DNA from: Camelus ferus
Taxonomy: Eukaryota
DNA: 64,000 bases
Direction of reading: 5' to 3'
NCBI RefSeq assembly: GCF_009834535.1
Contig: NC_045697.1
Span: forward strand, 111,292,001 to 111,356,000
Shown: positions 24,337-37,829 of the stretch, one piece after another
How the letters are laid out: every line of letters starts with the position of its first letter
Numbering within the stretch: position 1 is the first letter of the stretch
Program-made: the position numbers and the translations under genes
Notes under the pieces: generated by a model
The model's database searches: none
What the model saw: the letters and a program-made list of their open reading frames with translations, nothing else
What the model was told of the DNA's origin: nothing

Positions 24337-27300
24337 GGAGAAGTTGCCAAAATGGCAAGGTACGAAGACCCTGATCTCACATCCTTCTGCAGGAACACCA
24401 AAGTTCCAACTATTTACAGAGCAAGTATCAATGAGAATGACCTGAGATTAGTAGAATAGATTTTCCACAGCAAAAGATATAAGGAAGGAACCACAGCTAG
24501 ATGGGTAGGAAAGGCAGAGACTCAGTCTAGTCAAGACTCCCATCCCCGGTCCATGACCCACGAACAGGAAGATAATCACAACCGCAGAAGTTCTTCCTAG
24601 GGAGTGACGGATCCAAGCCCCACATCAGGATCACAGCCCAGCATTGTGCACCAGAGAGACAAGTCCCCAGAACATCTGGCTTTGAAGGTCTGTGGGGCTT
24701 GCATATGGGAGAGATCAAGGGCTGTAGGAATCAGAGACTCTGCTCTTAAAAGACACACTCAAAATCTCACATACACCAAGTCCCAGTGCAGAGGCAGTAA
24801 TTAGGAAGGAACCTGGGTCAGATTCACTTGCTGATCTTGGAGAGCCTTCAGGAAGAGCAGGCGGAAACTGGGACTCCTCTCTGTTGACATAGACACTGGT
24901 GGCAGCCATTTTAGAGAGCTTGTTCTACCATGAGGTCACTGGTGCTGGCAAGCACCAATTTAGTGTCCTTCTTCTGACTTCTTAGTGCCAGAGGCTTCCT
25001 CTTGCACAAGCAGGTCAGCACCAGCCCAGGGAACCAGCCCTTCATACCAATAAGCTGGCACCAGCCCCAGGCTCCCCTACCCCCAACAACTAGCTGCCTC
25101 AGGTTTCAGCCCCACCCATCAGGGGACCAGCAGCCAACCAGGCCAACCAAGCCAAAGGCCAGCCCCCACTACCACCATTATCACAGTAGCACCACCACAA
25201 CAGCAGGGCCCACACAGCCCACAGAGGGGAGCCCCTCCAGCATATAGCTCTGGTGGCAAAAGGGGAGAGTGCTGCTGGGCTCTGTAGGACACCTTCTATG
25301 TAAGATAAACTCTCCAAGATCAGGAAATTTACCTAACTTACCAAAATAGACACAGAAGATTAGGCAAAATGGAGAGACAAAGAAATATGTTTAAATGATG
25401 GCATGAAACAAAACCTTACAGGAAGAACTAAACAAAGTGGAGATGAGTAATCTACTAAATAAAGGTAATGCTCTCAAAGATGCTCAGTGCACTCGGGAGA
25501 AGAAAGAATGAACATAGAGAAAATTTCAGAAAAGAGTTAGAAAATATAATGAAGTATCAAACAGAGTTGAAGAATACAATAACTGAAATAAAAGAAATAA
25601 CACTGGGAGAAATCAAAAGTAGATTAGATGTTACAGAGGAATGTATCAGCAAACTGGAAGATAGAGTAGTGAAAATCACACAAGCTGAACAGAATAAGCA
25701 AAAAAAGATTTTAAAATGAGAATAGCTTAAGAGACTTATGGAACAACACTGAGCATACTAGCATTCACATTATAGGAGTCCTAGAAGGAGGAAAGATAGA
25801 GAAAAGGGGGCAGAGAATTTAGTTGAAGAAATAATAGCTGAAAACTTCCCTAAAATCTGGGAAAGGAAATGTACATTCAGTTCCAGGAAGCACAGAGAGT
25901 TCCAAACAGATAATCCCAAAGAGGTACACATCAAGACACATTATATTTAAAATGGAAAAAATTAATAATGGAGAATCTTAAAAGCAGCAAGAAGAAACAA
26001 CTAATTACCTGCAAAGGAACTCCCATAAGAATGTCAGCTCACTTCAGAAGAAACTTTGCAAGCTGGGGGAGTGGCACAAAATATTCAATGTGATGAAAGA
26101 GAAAAAAAATTTCTACAACAAAAGTACTCTATCCAACAAGGCTACCATTCAGAATTGAAGGAGAAATAAAGAATTTACAGACAAGCAAAAGCTAAAAGAG
26201 TTCAGCACCACAAAACCAACTTTACAACAAATATTAAAGGAACTTCTCCAAACAGAAAAGAGCACAACTAGAAACATAAAATTTACAAAAGGAAAAAAAT
26301 CTCATTGGTAAAGCTAATCATAGAGTAAAGGTAACAGACCAACCACTTATAAAGCTAATAGGAAGGTTAAAGGGCAAAAATAGTAAAATCATCTATATCC
26401 ACCATAAGAAGTTAAAGTCTATGCAAAACAAAAAGATATAAAACATGGCATAAAAAACACTAAACATGGGAAGGAGTAAAAATACAAGGTTGTTTGAACT
26501 TAAATTATCAACTTAAAATGATCACATTTATATATATATAAATGTGTGTGTGTGTATATATATATATATACATATATATATATGTATATATAGTTATATA
26601 GTTATATATGAACCTCAAGGTAACCACAAATTAAAATCTATCATAAATACACACAGAACAAAGTAAAAAGAAGCCTAACATCACACTAAAGATGGTCATC
26701 AAATCACAAGGAAAGAAAAGAGAAGAAAAGAGAAAAAAAACCTAAAAAAAAAATAATTAATAAAATGACAATAACTATGTGCTATCAATAATTAATTTAA
26801 ATGCAATTGGGCTAATTCTTCATTCGAAAGACATAGAATGGTTGGATGGATTAAAAAAAAAAAAAAGACCTTTCTGTAGGCTGCCCACAAGAAACTCTCT
26901 TCAGATCTAAAGACCCACAGACTGAGAATGAGGGAGTGAAAAAGGGTATTCAAATGCAAAAGAAAGTTTAAAAAAAGCTAGAGTAACAATACTTAGACAA
27001 AAAGACTTTAAAAGAAAGGCTTAACAGAAGACAAAGGATATTACATAATGATAAAAGATTCAATCCAACAAGAAGATAATAGCAATTGTAAATATATACG
27101 TATCCAGCATAGGAGCACCTAAATACACAAAACAAATATTAGCAACCATAAAGGGAGGAATTAACAGTAACACAATAACAGCAGGAAACCTTGACACCTC
27201 ACTTACATAAATATATAGATCTTTCACAGAAAGTTAATAAGGAAGCACTGGCCTTAAACAACACATTATGCCAGATAACTTTAATAGCTATTCACAGAAC

Positions 27301-28950
27301 ACTCCAGCCAAAAGCAGTAGAATACATGTTCTTTTCAAGTGCACATGGAATATTCTCCAAGATAGGTCACATGCTAGGCCACAAAAACGTCTCACTAAAT
27401 TTAAGAAGATTGAAATCATATCACTAATTTTTCCAACTATAAGGTATGAGACTAGAAATCAACTGCAAGAAAAAAACATTGCAAAAGCACAAGCACATGG
27501 AGGCCAAACAATATGCTATGAAACAACTAAAGGGTCGCTGAAGAAATCAAAAAATACCTGGAGGAAAATTAAAATGGAAACACAACAATTGAAAATTTAT
27601 GGAATGCAGCAAAAACAGGGAAGGGAAATTTATAGCAATAAAAGCCTATCTCAGGAAATAATAAAAATCCCAAATAAACAATCTAATCTTATACCTAAAG
27701 GAACTAGAACAAGAAGAAAAAACAAAACCCAAAGTTAGTATGAGAAAAGAAATAACAAATATGAGAACAGAAATAATTGCAATATAGACTAAAAAGAAGT
27801 AAACAGAAAAGATTAACTAAAAATGGGTTCTTTGAAAAGATAAACAAAATTGGTAGAACTTCAGCTAGATTTACCAAGAAAAAAAAGAGAGTGGTCACAA
27901 ATAAATAAAATCATAAATGAAAGAAGAGAAGTTACAACCAACACCACAGAAATACAAAGAGGTTACTATTAATAAGAGGAACAATTTATATGTCAATAAA
28001 ATACACAACCTAGAACAGATAAATATCTAGAAATGTATACTCTCCTGTGCCTGAATCAGGAAGATACAAAATTTGGACAGAACAATCACCAGAAAAACAA
28101 TCGAATCATGAATTTTAAAAACCCCTAACAAACCAAAGTCCAGGACAAGACAGCTTCAGAGGTGAATTCTCCCAACATTCAGAGTTGACACCTATCTTCT
28201 CAAATTGTTACAAAAAATTGAAGAGGATGCAATGCATCTGAACTCATTCTATGAGGCCAACATCACCCTGATACCAAAACCAGACTAAAACACCACAAAA
28301 AAAAAAAAAAAAGAAAAGAAAACTACAGGCCAATATTACTGCTGAACAAAGATGCAAAATTCCTCAACAAAATATTAGTAAACTGAATTCAACAACATAT
28401 TTAAAGGATCATACACCATGATCAAGTGGAATTTATCCCAGGGATGCAAGGATGGTTCAACATTTACAAATCAATCAATGTGACACGCCACATTAACAAG
28501 TTAAAAAATAAAAATCACATGATAATCTCAATAGATAAAGAAAACATTTTAGAAAAAAATTCAACAAAAATGGGAACATAAGTCAATAGAATAGAATAGA
28601 AAGCCTAAAAAGAAACCCACATTTATATGGTCAGTTAATCTGCAACAAAGGAAGCAAGTATACACAATGGGGAAAGGACATCCTCTTCAGTAATGGTGTT
28701 CAGAAGACTGGGCAGCTGCACGCGATAGAATCCAACTGGACTACTTTCTCACACCATGTACAAAAACAAATTCAAAATTGATTGAATACTTAACTGTAAT
28801 ATATGAAACTATTAAAACTCCTAAATGAAAACCTAGATAGTACACTTTTGACATCGGTCTTAGCCATTTTTTTTTTTTGATCTGTCTCCTCAGACAAGTG
28901 CAACAAAAGCAAAAATAAACAAATAGGACTACATCAAACTAAAAAGTTTC
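24337..28950 (+). mobile_element. L1 with full 5'UTR, degenerate ORF1 (~25369-26250) and ORF2 (from ~26765), RT core deleted at ~28570, 3' end missing
   Basis: ORF1 coiled-coil peptide in ORF 25468-25719; EN and early RT motifs (caggccaatattactgctgaacaaagatgcaaaa); many stops and frameshifts. Confidence 0.9.
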
Positions 28951-31235
28951 CTCAGGATTGCTTTGCCACTTCTAGGTGTTTTGTGGTTCTATATAAATTT
29001 TAGGATTATTTGTTCTAGTTATGTGAAAAATATCAAAATGTATTTTGATAAGGATCACATCAAATCTGTAGATTATTTTGGGCAGTATGGCCATTTTAAC
29101 AATTTTAATTCTTCCAATCCAAGAGCATGGGATATCTTCCCATTTCTTTGAATCACCTTCCATTTCCTTAATCAATGTTTTGTAGTTCTTAATATAGATA
29201 TATCTTCCATATTTTTGAACAAGTTTATTCCTATGTATTGTATTTTTAACCCAATTTTAAATAGGATTGCATCTTTACTTTCTCTTCTGACATTTCATTG
29301 TTAATGTAAATAAATGCAACAGATTTCAGTGTATTTCTCTTGTATCCTGCTACCTTGCTGAATTCATTTATTAGTTCTAATAGCTTTTGTGTGGAGTCTT
29401 TAGGGGTTTTCCATATACAGTATCATCTCATCTGTAAGTAATGACAATTTTACTTCTTCCCTTCCATTTTGGATACCTCTTATTTCTTTTTCTTATCTGA
29501 TTGCTGTGGCTAAGACTTCCAATTCTGTGTTGAATAGAAGTGGTGAGAGTGGGCATCCTTGTCTTGAATTTAGTGGAAAGTTTTTCAGCTTTTCACCACG
29601 AGTATTACGTTGGCTGTAGGTTTGTCGTAAATGACTTTTATTATATTGAGATACATTCTCTCTATATCCGCTTTGGTGAGAGCTTTTATCATGAATGGAT
29701 GTTGAATTTTATCAAATGTTTCTTCTGTTTCTATTAATATGATTATATAGTCTTTGCCTTTTCTTTTGTTAATGTGATGTATCACATTGGTTGATTTGTG
29801 TATGTTGAACCATCTTTACAACAAAGGAAGCAAGAATATACAATGGAGAGAAGACAGTATCTTCAGCATGTGAGGCTGGGAAAACTGGACAGCTACAAGT
29901 AAATCAAGAAAACTAGAACACTCCCTCACTCCATATACAAAAATAAACTCAAAATGATTTAAAGGCTTTAATATAAGATATGTCATCATAAACTCCTAGA
30001 AGAGGAGATAGACAAAACATTCTCAGACATAAATCATAGCAATATTTTCTTATATCAGTCTCCCAAGGCATTAAATACATACATACATACATACATACAT
30101 ACATACATACATACATACATACAAAAATAAGTGGGACCTAATCAAACTTAAAAGCCTTTTCACAGCAAAGAAAATCATTAACAAAACAATAAGACAACCT
30201 ACAGAATAGGAGAAAATATCTGCAAATGATGCAACCAACAAGAGGTTAATATCCAAAATATACAAACAGCTCATACAGTTCAATATCAAAAATAATAATA
30301 ATAATCAAAAAATGGTCAGAACACCTAAACAGACATTTCTCCAATGAAGACATACAGATGGCCAACAGACATGTGAAAAGATGCTCAACATAGCTACTTA
30401 TCAGAGAAATGCAACTCAAAACCACAATAACGAATCACCTCACACCTGTCATCAAAAAGTCTATGAATTGCTTATTTATTATAAGAGTCTGTGGAGAAAA
30501 TAGAACTCTCCTACACTGTTGGTGGAAATGTATATTGGTTCAGCCACCATGGAAAACAGTATAGTTTCCTTAAAAGCCTAAAAAATAGATTTACCTTATG
30601 ATCCAGCATGCCCACTCCTGAGCATATATCCAGAAAAGATGAAAAATATAATCTGTAAAGATACACACACCTCAATGATATTAGTAGCTCTATTTACAAT
30701 AGCCAAGACATAGAAACAACCAAAGTGCCCATCAACAGGTGATTGGTTTAAGAAGGCACAGTATAAAATATTACTCAGCCATAAAAAAAGAATGAAATAT
30801 TGCCATTTGCAGCAACATGGATGGACCTAGAGAAAGTCATACTAAATGAAATAAGTCAGACAGAGAAAGACAAATATTATATGATATCACTTATATGTGG
30901 GGTCAGTGTATCATCTTAAAAATGATACAAATGAATCTATATACAAAACAGAAACAGACTCACAGACATAGAAAACAAACTTATGGTTACCAAAGGGGGA
31001 AGGAGGGGAGAGGAGGGATAAATTAGGAGCACAAGATCAACAAATACAAACTACTATACGTAAAATAGACAAGCAGCAAGGGTTTACTGTATAACACAAG
31101 GAACTACATTTAATATCCTATAATAACTTACAATGAAAAATAATGTGAATATATATATATATATAATGAATCACTTTGCTATACACCTAAAACTAACACA
31201 GTATTATGAATCAACTGTGTTGTGATTTAAAAAGA
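28951..31235 (+). mobile_element. 5'-inverted L1 (inverted ORF2 28951-~29812, direct ORF2 end plus 3'UTR ~29813-31235)
   Basis: Minus-strand ORF2 peptides WEDIPCSWIGRIKIVKMAILPK and [12 protein letters not shown]...[11 protein letters not shown], followed by a plus-strand 3' end. Confidence 0.88.
30075..30123. repeat. (ATAC)12 microsatellite inside L1
   Basis: Perfect tetranucleotide run. Confidence 0.95.
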
Positions 31236-32195
31236 ACATTTTCTGCTCCTCCCTTTGAATACTACAAATTAAATGAAGACAGGAACTCCATAAACAAGCC
31301 AAATATTTTTATTTCATTTTATTAATTGGCAATAGACACGGTGCAGGAATCAGAACTTCCTAGGGGGAAAGTAGATGTCATTTGGGCAGAAGATCAGGCC
31401 TAGTTGGCATGAATTCCAGTGGGAAATGGCAATCAGATGTGCTCAGATTCTGACCACCTGGAACTATAGAAAGCTTCTAAGTTTGATATGTGTTGGAGCA
31501 ATTTTGGTCAAAAAGGGAACGTGCGCATAGTGACTTGGATATACTCAAAAGTGTGGCCTTTTTGGACCCCACACTACGTAATTCTAGAGGAAAATGTGAG
31601 CAGAGTAATACTCCCCTTGGCCCTAGAGCTGTTTCTTGGAAACCAGCCTGGAGAACACACAGAGTTAACCAATATGTATCTACCTATAATTTCTCATCTC
31701 ACAGGCAATAAGCAATTTGATATTTTACATGAGAACCTGTATAGAGAACAAGATGCTCTACCAAATATTAGTGCCTCAGTAAGTTCTGTAAGCTTTAAGC
31801 ATTGACAGTGCTTCTGAAGCAAAGAAAAACAGTTAAATAGTGTACAGACAACACTTCACTCTCATATTTAGTGACATTAGCAGAGCCCACTTTAAACCAT
31901 GCCTAGGAGGACTTAGAGTTGTGGCTTTTGGCTAGTTTCAGAAGGGAGCTAAAGGCTAAAGAAAATAATAACATAAAAGTGTAATAGATCTATATGGATT
32001 GGGTGACAAGCCAATCTTTCTGGAACACAAAGTCAGTGAAGGGTCCCACTGCCGTTTTTCAGTGCTATGTGCTTTTTAAATACCTGGATCGTCTGTGTAT
32101 TTGAGATGGAGAAGGAAGGGCCTGGCTCAGCATCTCCAGCACCATCAGGCTAACGATGTCTTCAAGGCCTCACTGTGTTTAGAAACCTAGTTGGA

Positions 32196-32339
32196 GCAGG
32201 GAGGGTAGAGCTCAGTGGCAGAGTGCGTGCCTAGCATGCATGAGGTCCTGGATTGAATCCCCAGTACCTAAAGTAAAAAATAAACAAACAAATAAACCTA
32301 ATTACCCCCCCAAAAAAAATTAAAGAAATTTTTTAATTT
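32196..32339 (+). mobile_element. tRNA-derived SINE, camelid vic-1-like
   Basis: gggagggtagagctcagtggcagagtgcgtgcctagcatgcatgaggtcctggattgaatcccc has A/B boxes. Same tail as the 1489 copy. TSD agaaa(c/t)ctag(t/g)tgga at 32181-32195 and 32340-32354. Confidence 0.85.
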
Positions 32340-33639
32340 AGAAATCTAGGTGGATATGGAAGAATTACTCATTGATTTTGAAAGGTTTTAAAGGTTTTGA
32401 AATTTTTACAGAAGCAAATTTGAAAACATAATTACCTTGTTTTCTGCAGAAAAAAAAAAAGGAGGGAGGGTAGTGCATTTGTCTGTACTATCATTTGAAA
32501 TTACAAGTATGATCTCATGAGGTTTTCTTCTTCCTGCTCCTCAAAGGGGACTTGCTATGGTAGAGCTGTCAGTTATGAGCGGTGTGCTTCAGATGTGATC
32601 TGCTGAAGCAAACAGGATGTGTAGTAGCAGAAAGCTGGAACAGTGATTTGAAGAACTTGAAAGATGACAACTTCTTTCAAATCATGGATCTGCCTCTCAC
32701 TAGGTTTGTGCCCTTCGTTAAGACTCTAAGCCTCAATTTCCTGATCTACAAAATAGGATAAATTCCACCTCCCATACAAGATGGTAAAGATAAAAAAAAA
32801 AGAAGATAATAGATGTGCAGTGCTTTACTTGTAAGTGCTCAATTAATATCTGTCATTCTTTTACAATCTCTCTAATTAAAAGTCCAGGTAAAACCATAGT
32901 AAGTGGTAAATAGGTGTTTTATTATCCAATATGGTCTGTTTTTCTCAACCAGAAATATATCTGACTGCTTCCGTATTCTTCATCTTAAAAATGAATTCTA
33001 CGGTGATTCACAGCAATGAAAAGTGTAATTACCTCCTGCTGCTGAAGCCTTACTATCGTCCAAGCACTTTGAGTAACGTCATACTCTCATCTGATCCTCA
33101 TGGCAAAACCAGCTTTATGTCTGTTTAACTGAACACCAAGCTAAAGCACAAAAAGCTTAAACAACCTGCTTGAAATTACACAGCCTGAAAGTGGCATCCC
33201 CGGAACTCAGCCCCAAGCAGCCTGGGACAATGTGCGCTGTCACCTCTCGGTGACAACTGCCCTCAGACCTCTGTTGCTACCACACATACATGTCCCACGG
33301 TCGTTTTCAGTGATAAAGATCACACCTCATTTTTATATGAGATTCTTTAGGAAATATTTTAGGATTCCACCTACTTAAGTACTGCACTGAAATTTCATAG
33401 ATTTGTTAGAGAAAAGCTACCTTCTCACCCCAAGACTCTTGTCTGGTATCTAATGAAGTCTCCATCATTAGACTGTTCCCTCATTTTTCACTCTGTTGGT
33501 AGATTAGCTGATTAGTGATGCCACTGAGAGGAGAGATTTCCTACCACTCTCCGTTCAACTAACTTCTGCAGCCTTCAGATCCCTTCTGGAACGTCTTCTT
33601 CAGAGATTTCCATTCCCCCTCACACATCCCTAAGTCACT

Positions 33640-34520
33640 CACTCACCCAGCTTGTAGCTTTCAATACCATGACATGGTAATAATGTCAATCCCCAAATTT
33701 ATACCTTCAACACAGACCTAGAGAAACAAGGCATTGATCGCTGAATGACTAACAGACATGTCAATCATGACACGTTCTAAACTGATCTCCTGGTCTTTGA
33801 CCCCAGAATCTGCTCCCTCAGGTTCCTCATCTCAATTAATGGCTCCTCTGCACTTCAGCTGGTCGGGCCAAATGTTTGTCAGTCGTCCATGCTGCCTCTC
33901 TTTAGCTCTTAAAAAAAGTCCCATCCAATCCATCAGGAAATTCTGTTGCTCTACTTTCAAAATCCAGTCTGAATTTTAGCATTTCTCAATATCTCTTATT
34001 ACTACTATACTACCACCCAGGTCCAAGCTACTAGTATCTTCTCCTGGATTTCTGGTCTCCTGGCTTCCCTCTTTGACTCCCTAAAACATTTTTATCACAA
34101 CAGTCAGAGCAATCCTCTTGAAAATAAAGTGAGATCTCATCTCTGTAAAGAAGCCATGACTCCCGGACTCCAGTCCAAGTTGACATTTCAGTGGCCAACA
34201 AGGCCCTGCATGACCTGTCACTCACTATCTCCCTGACAAGTCCCCTAAATTTCCCTTCATTTGCTCCAGCCACGTTGGCCTCCATGCAATTCCTCGAACT
34301 CACCAGATGTGTTCCTGCTCCAGGGCTTTGCAGTTGCTACTCTCTGCCTACAGCTCTTTTTCCCATTTCTTTTGAGTTTTCAAGCATACGTCAGCCTCCC
34401 AATAAGACCCTCTTTTGACTGCACCTCTGTCCTTTCACTGCTTGGTATTTCTCCATAGCGCTTACCTTCCAATATACTATCAAATTAGCTTATTTTGTTT
34501 GTTGTCTATGTCCCTAAACA
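33640..34520 (+). mobile_element. L2 fragment
   Basis: cccatccaatccatcaggaaattctgttgctctactttcaaaat...cagtcagagcaatcctc...acaaggccctgcatgacctg are typical L2 3' motifs. Confidence 0.7.
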
Positions 34521-35052
34521 ACAACAACAAAGTTCCATATGGACTCCTTTCTTCCAAGGCTTGCTTATCTAGGAGGTACCAAAAATTCTTCAGGAACTAA
34601 GAAAGAAGAATATTATAAGATTAGTTCAGTGTATTCTAAATAGAAAAACCGAGTTACAAGCCTGGATTGTCTGAAGGCTGAAAGAAGAGAAGTTAGATAA
34701 GTTTTCACTCTTGAGAGCAATCTGATTTTTCATTTTTATTATTAAAAAAATAGATATACTTTTTTTTTACTCTTAGTACACAATTAACGCCTCTCAATAG
34801 AGTTTTCTTTAAACTGTGATAGCATATATCAAACTTGCTTTGGATTTGGAAATATTTTCCTAGCTTTTTCATTGGTGTTACATTGCCATCTAGTGACCTC
34901 AAACTGTATGGCTCATGCACAAGTCAAAGGTGAGTGACAGTGAGTGACAATGACACCCTCACAGACACTGAACCTGCTTGGGTCCTGATCTTTGACTTCC
35001 ATCCTCCAGAATGTGAGACAAAATTGGCTGGTGGGGAAAGAGGGTCTGTTTC

Positions 35053-35600
35053 TGTTAGGTGGTTAGATAAGTGGGGGCACTGGGCAGACAGGTGGAAGAG
35101 AGAGGGTGGTCCAAAAGATGGCGTTATGCCCGCTTTCAGCATAAAGGGCTTTACTTCCTCTAAATGAGTGCCAGCAAGAAACCAGTTAGAACCCAGCAGC
35201 CGCAGCTGCGCGGTAGCAAGAAACACTTAACAGGACATGACCCAGTGTTCATTGCAATATAATTTGCATTGTGGTTTAGGCTCCCCCATGGGTTTTTCTG
35301 TGTGCATCATGGGTAAGGACATGCATAAAAGGGGCAAATATGACTAAGCATGCTTGGGGCAAGAACCGTCAATCAATCAAAAGACCACCTCTAAGGGAGG
35401 GTGTAAGAGAAAAGGCAAACAAACACCACTGCTTTTTCCTCCCTTGAATCAGCCTGCTTCCCATTCTTGGAGGTGCACTTTTCTTTTCTAAATAAATTCT
35501 TTATAATCTTTTGCTACACAGCGCACCATCTCCCATCTGTAGTTTTATCTTTTGGGTAAGAAAAGAACTGGTGTCTTTTCCCTTTCCCTTTTGGGGAACA
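35053..35600 (+). mobile_element. Solo LTR family A (ERV1-like), copy 1
   Basis: TG...CA termini, 4-bp TSD tttc/tttc, AATAAA at ~35491; homologous to 50489-51033 and 62095-62639. Confidence 0.9.
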
Positions 35601-36739
35601 TTTCTAGCCAGAGGAATCTACAGTCCCAAGTGTCCCCAGATGGGAAGGAGCCTGCCATGTTCTAGGAGGTGATAGGATAGAGTGGCTTCGGTGGAGCAAA
35701 GCAGAAGAAGAATGACTAGAGATGGAACCTGATCACCCGGAGGGTCTCCAGTGCCTTGTATAACAAGGCAGGGTGTTGAGCAGAACAGGAACTTAAGTTC
35801 TGAACTTCCTGACCCCTTAGCCTCTCTCCACTTGACTGGGATAACTGCCAACTTGTGTAGAGCTTTGCACTCTCTAGAACACTTCCATGTTCCAAGTGTT
35901 TGAGAGCTCCTAAACTCGACGGCTGATCTGCAGGACTCCAGTCTCTTTCCTCCACTGTCTAAAATCACTACTTTGCTGCTGTACCCCAAGTCCTGGCAAG
36001 AGGAATGGGCTAAGATGCCTTCCAACTCTGAGTGAGTCAAATGCTTGACTTATTAAGGTCAATGGTGACGGGGACTTCACAGATCCACACAGCTGCTTCT
36101 GCATGATGTTTTCTGTTCCCTGTCCCCAACACACCTTGTGACCAGAATTTCTGTAACCAAAGCACTCTGCATCAATGTTACCATTAATGATGCTGTTAAA
36201 GGTCATCTTTATCTCCCCCTTTCCTGTATTTATCCATAAGGTAATAATGAAGCAAAGACATGGAGAATGCTAGTTATTGGAGGCAGGCACACATCTGTGA
36301 AGGGGACTTATTAACATAAGCTGTACCCCGGAGGGAAGAATGTAAGCTGTCTACAAAGCACACACCAAAGGGATTCCCTCAACCTCTGATCTTCTTAGGT
36401 ACAGAAGGAAATACCATCAAATAGTTTAAGCACTAATGAATGCTTCCAAGCACTTGTCGCCAGATTGTGGTCTTCGCAGACCTGTGTGTTGTGATCTCTG
36501 TGCCTGAGCTCTGGTACTTTTCCCACCCCTCAGGTCTTGCCTTTAGCCTTCCAAGCTCACTTTTAACTCTGCTGCATTTCTAATTGTGCTTTCAAGTGTG
36601 CTGCCTCTGCTGTAGCCTACGTTATGACATATGATACTTTCTGATGCCAACCTAGTAATCTAAGGCTTGAGTTCTGACTTTATTAAATGGTTTGCTTTCA
36701 TTCTGTTCAGGAAATACCTGTGTGCAAATGCTGTGGTAA

Positions 36740-37243
36740 TGTTATCGAACCAAACTTGGGTCTGCTCACCCATGCACAGTATAGTCAATCTACCGACACC
36801 GGGTTGTGGGGAAGGAGAAGGCAGTATTTATTATGAAGATGCCAAAACAAGGAGGAGGGGTGGCTTGTGCGCTAAAACTCTAAAGTCCTCGAATGGTTTC
36901 AGCAAAGTGTTTTTAAAGGCCAGAAAGTAGTGGAGGGCACTCACAGGGTATGTGATCAGCTGGTGCACAATTCTCTGATTCGTTGATGGTGAGGTAACAG
37001 AGTGGTGTCACAGTGGTTAACATCACCAATCCTTAAGTGCCAGTAGGTCTGGCATGCTCATGATCATCAGGTAGTTAATTTCTTCCATCTGGTGGTGGCT
37101 TTCCCACCTGTAAAACAACTCAGAAAGTGTCCATCAGATATGATTATCCAAGTACTTCAGAGAGGAGCTACAGCAGAAGATATGGGGTTGTGGGGGGTGG
37201 GCATCTGTCGGGGGAAGGCCCCACAGGGTCCTGCTCGGTTGCA
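36740..37243 (-). mobile_element. Solo LTR related to family B
   Basis: TG...CA termini, TSD gtaa/gtag. The reverse complement shares agctgatcacataccctg and gcctttaaa...gctgaaacc with the 47088 and 56276 copies. Confidence 0.8.
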
Positions 37244-37829
37244 GTAGGCATGTGCTTGGGCCTGGCCTGGGAGCTGACTCTCACTTACCCTGCTGTAGCA
37301 GCTCAGCAGGTAGGACCCAGAGCCATTTCCTGAAGTTCTCTGTCACAAAAATTCTTCCCTCACTTTCCTCACTCTGGATTTGGGGTCTCTAGTTTGATTC
37401 CCACTGTTGCTACCCCAAGACAAGTGGTCATCGTGTTAGAGCAGGCAGATAGATAGATGTGAGCAGAGAAAGGGGGACACCGGCCAAATGAAAGGAATTG
37501 GGCAAAAAAGGAGGGGCACAGGCCAAATGCAGGAAACCACACATCATGTAATTACAGAGGTCCCTGGGCAGAGAAAGAAAAGCAGGAACTCTGGGCAGAT
37601 AAGTGATCACACATTTTGGGGTAACAAGAAGCCTGGAGGCCGACAAATGTGGGAAAAAGGAGCTATCTCCAGCATAACAAATATAACCAATTGCTCATTA
37701 TGCCCTCATTTCAATAAAATTAGCCTTGCAGATCAGAAGTACCCATCATGCATCGACACCATGACACTTATGATCCAGACTAAACAAGGACAAAAATCCC
37801 TTCTCCCTTCAGGAAGGTGGAGTTGGTAT

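Noticed and set aside
24337..31235. Apparent full-length ~6.9-kb active L1
   Set aside because: Two different elements with many stops and frameshifts, an RT deletion and an inversion.
32199..32270. tRNA-like sequence (also at ~1495-1550)
   Set aside because: Has a SINE tail and TSDs and degenerate stems; it is a SINE head, not a tRNA gene.
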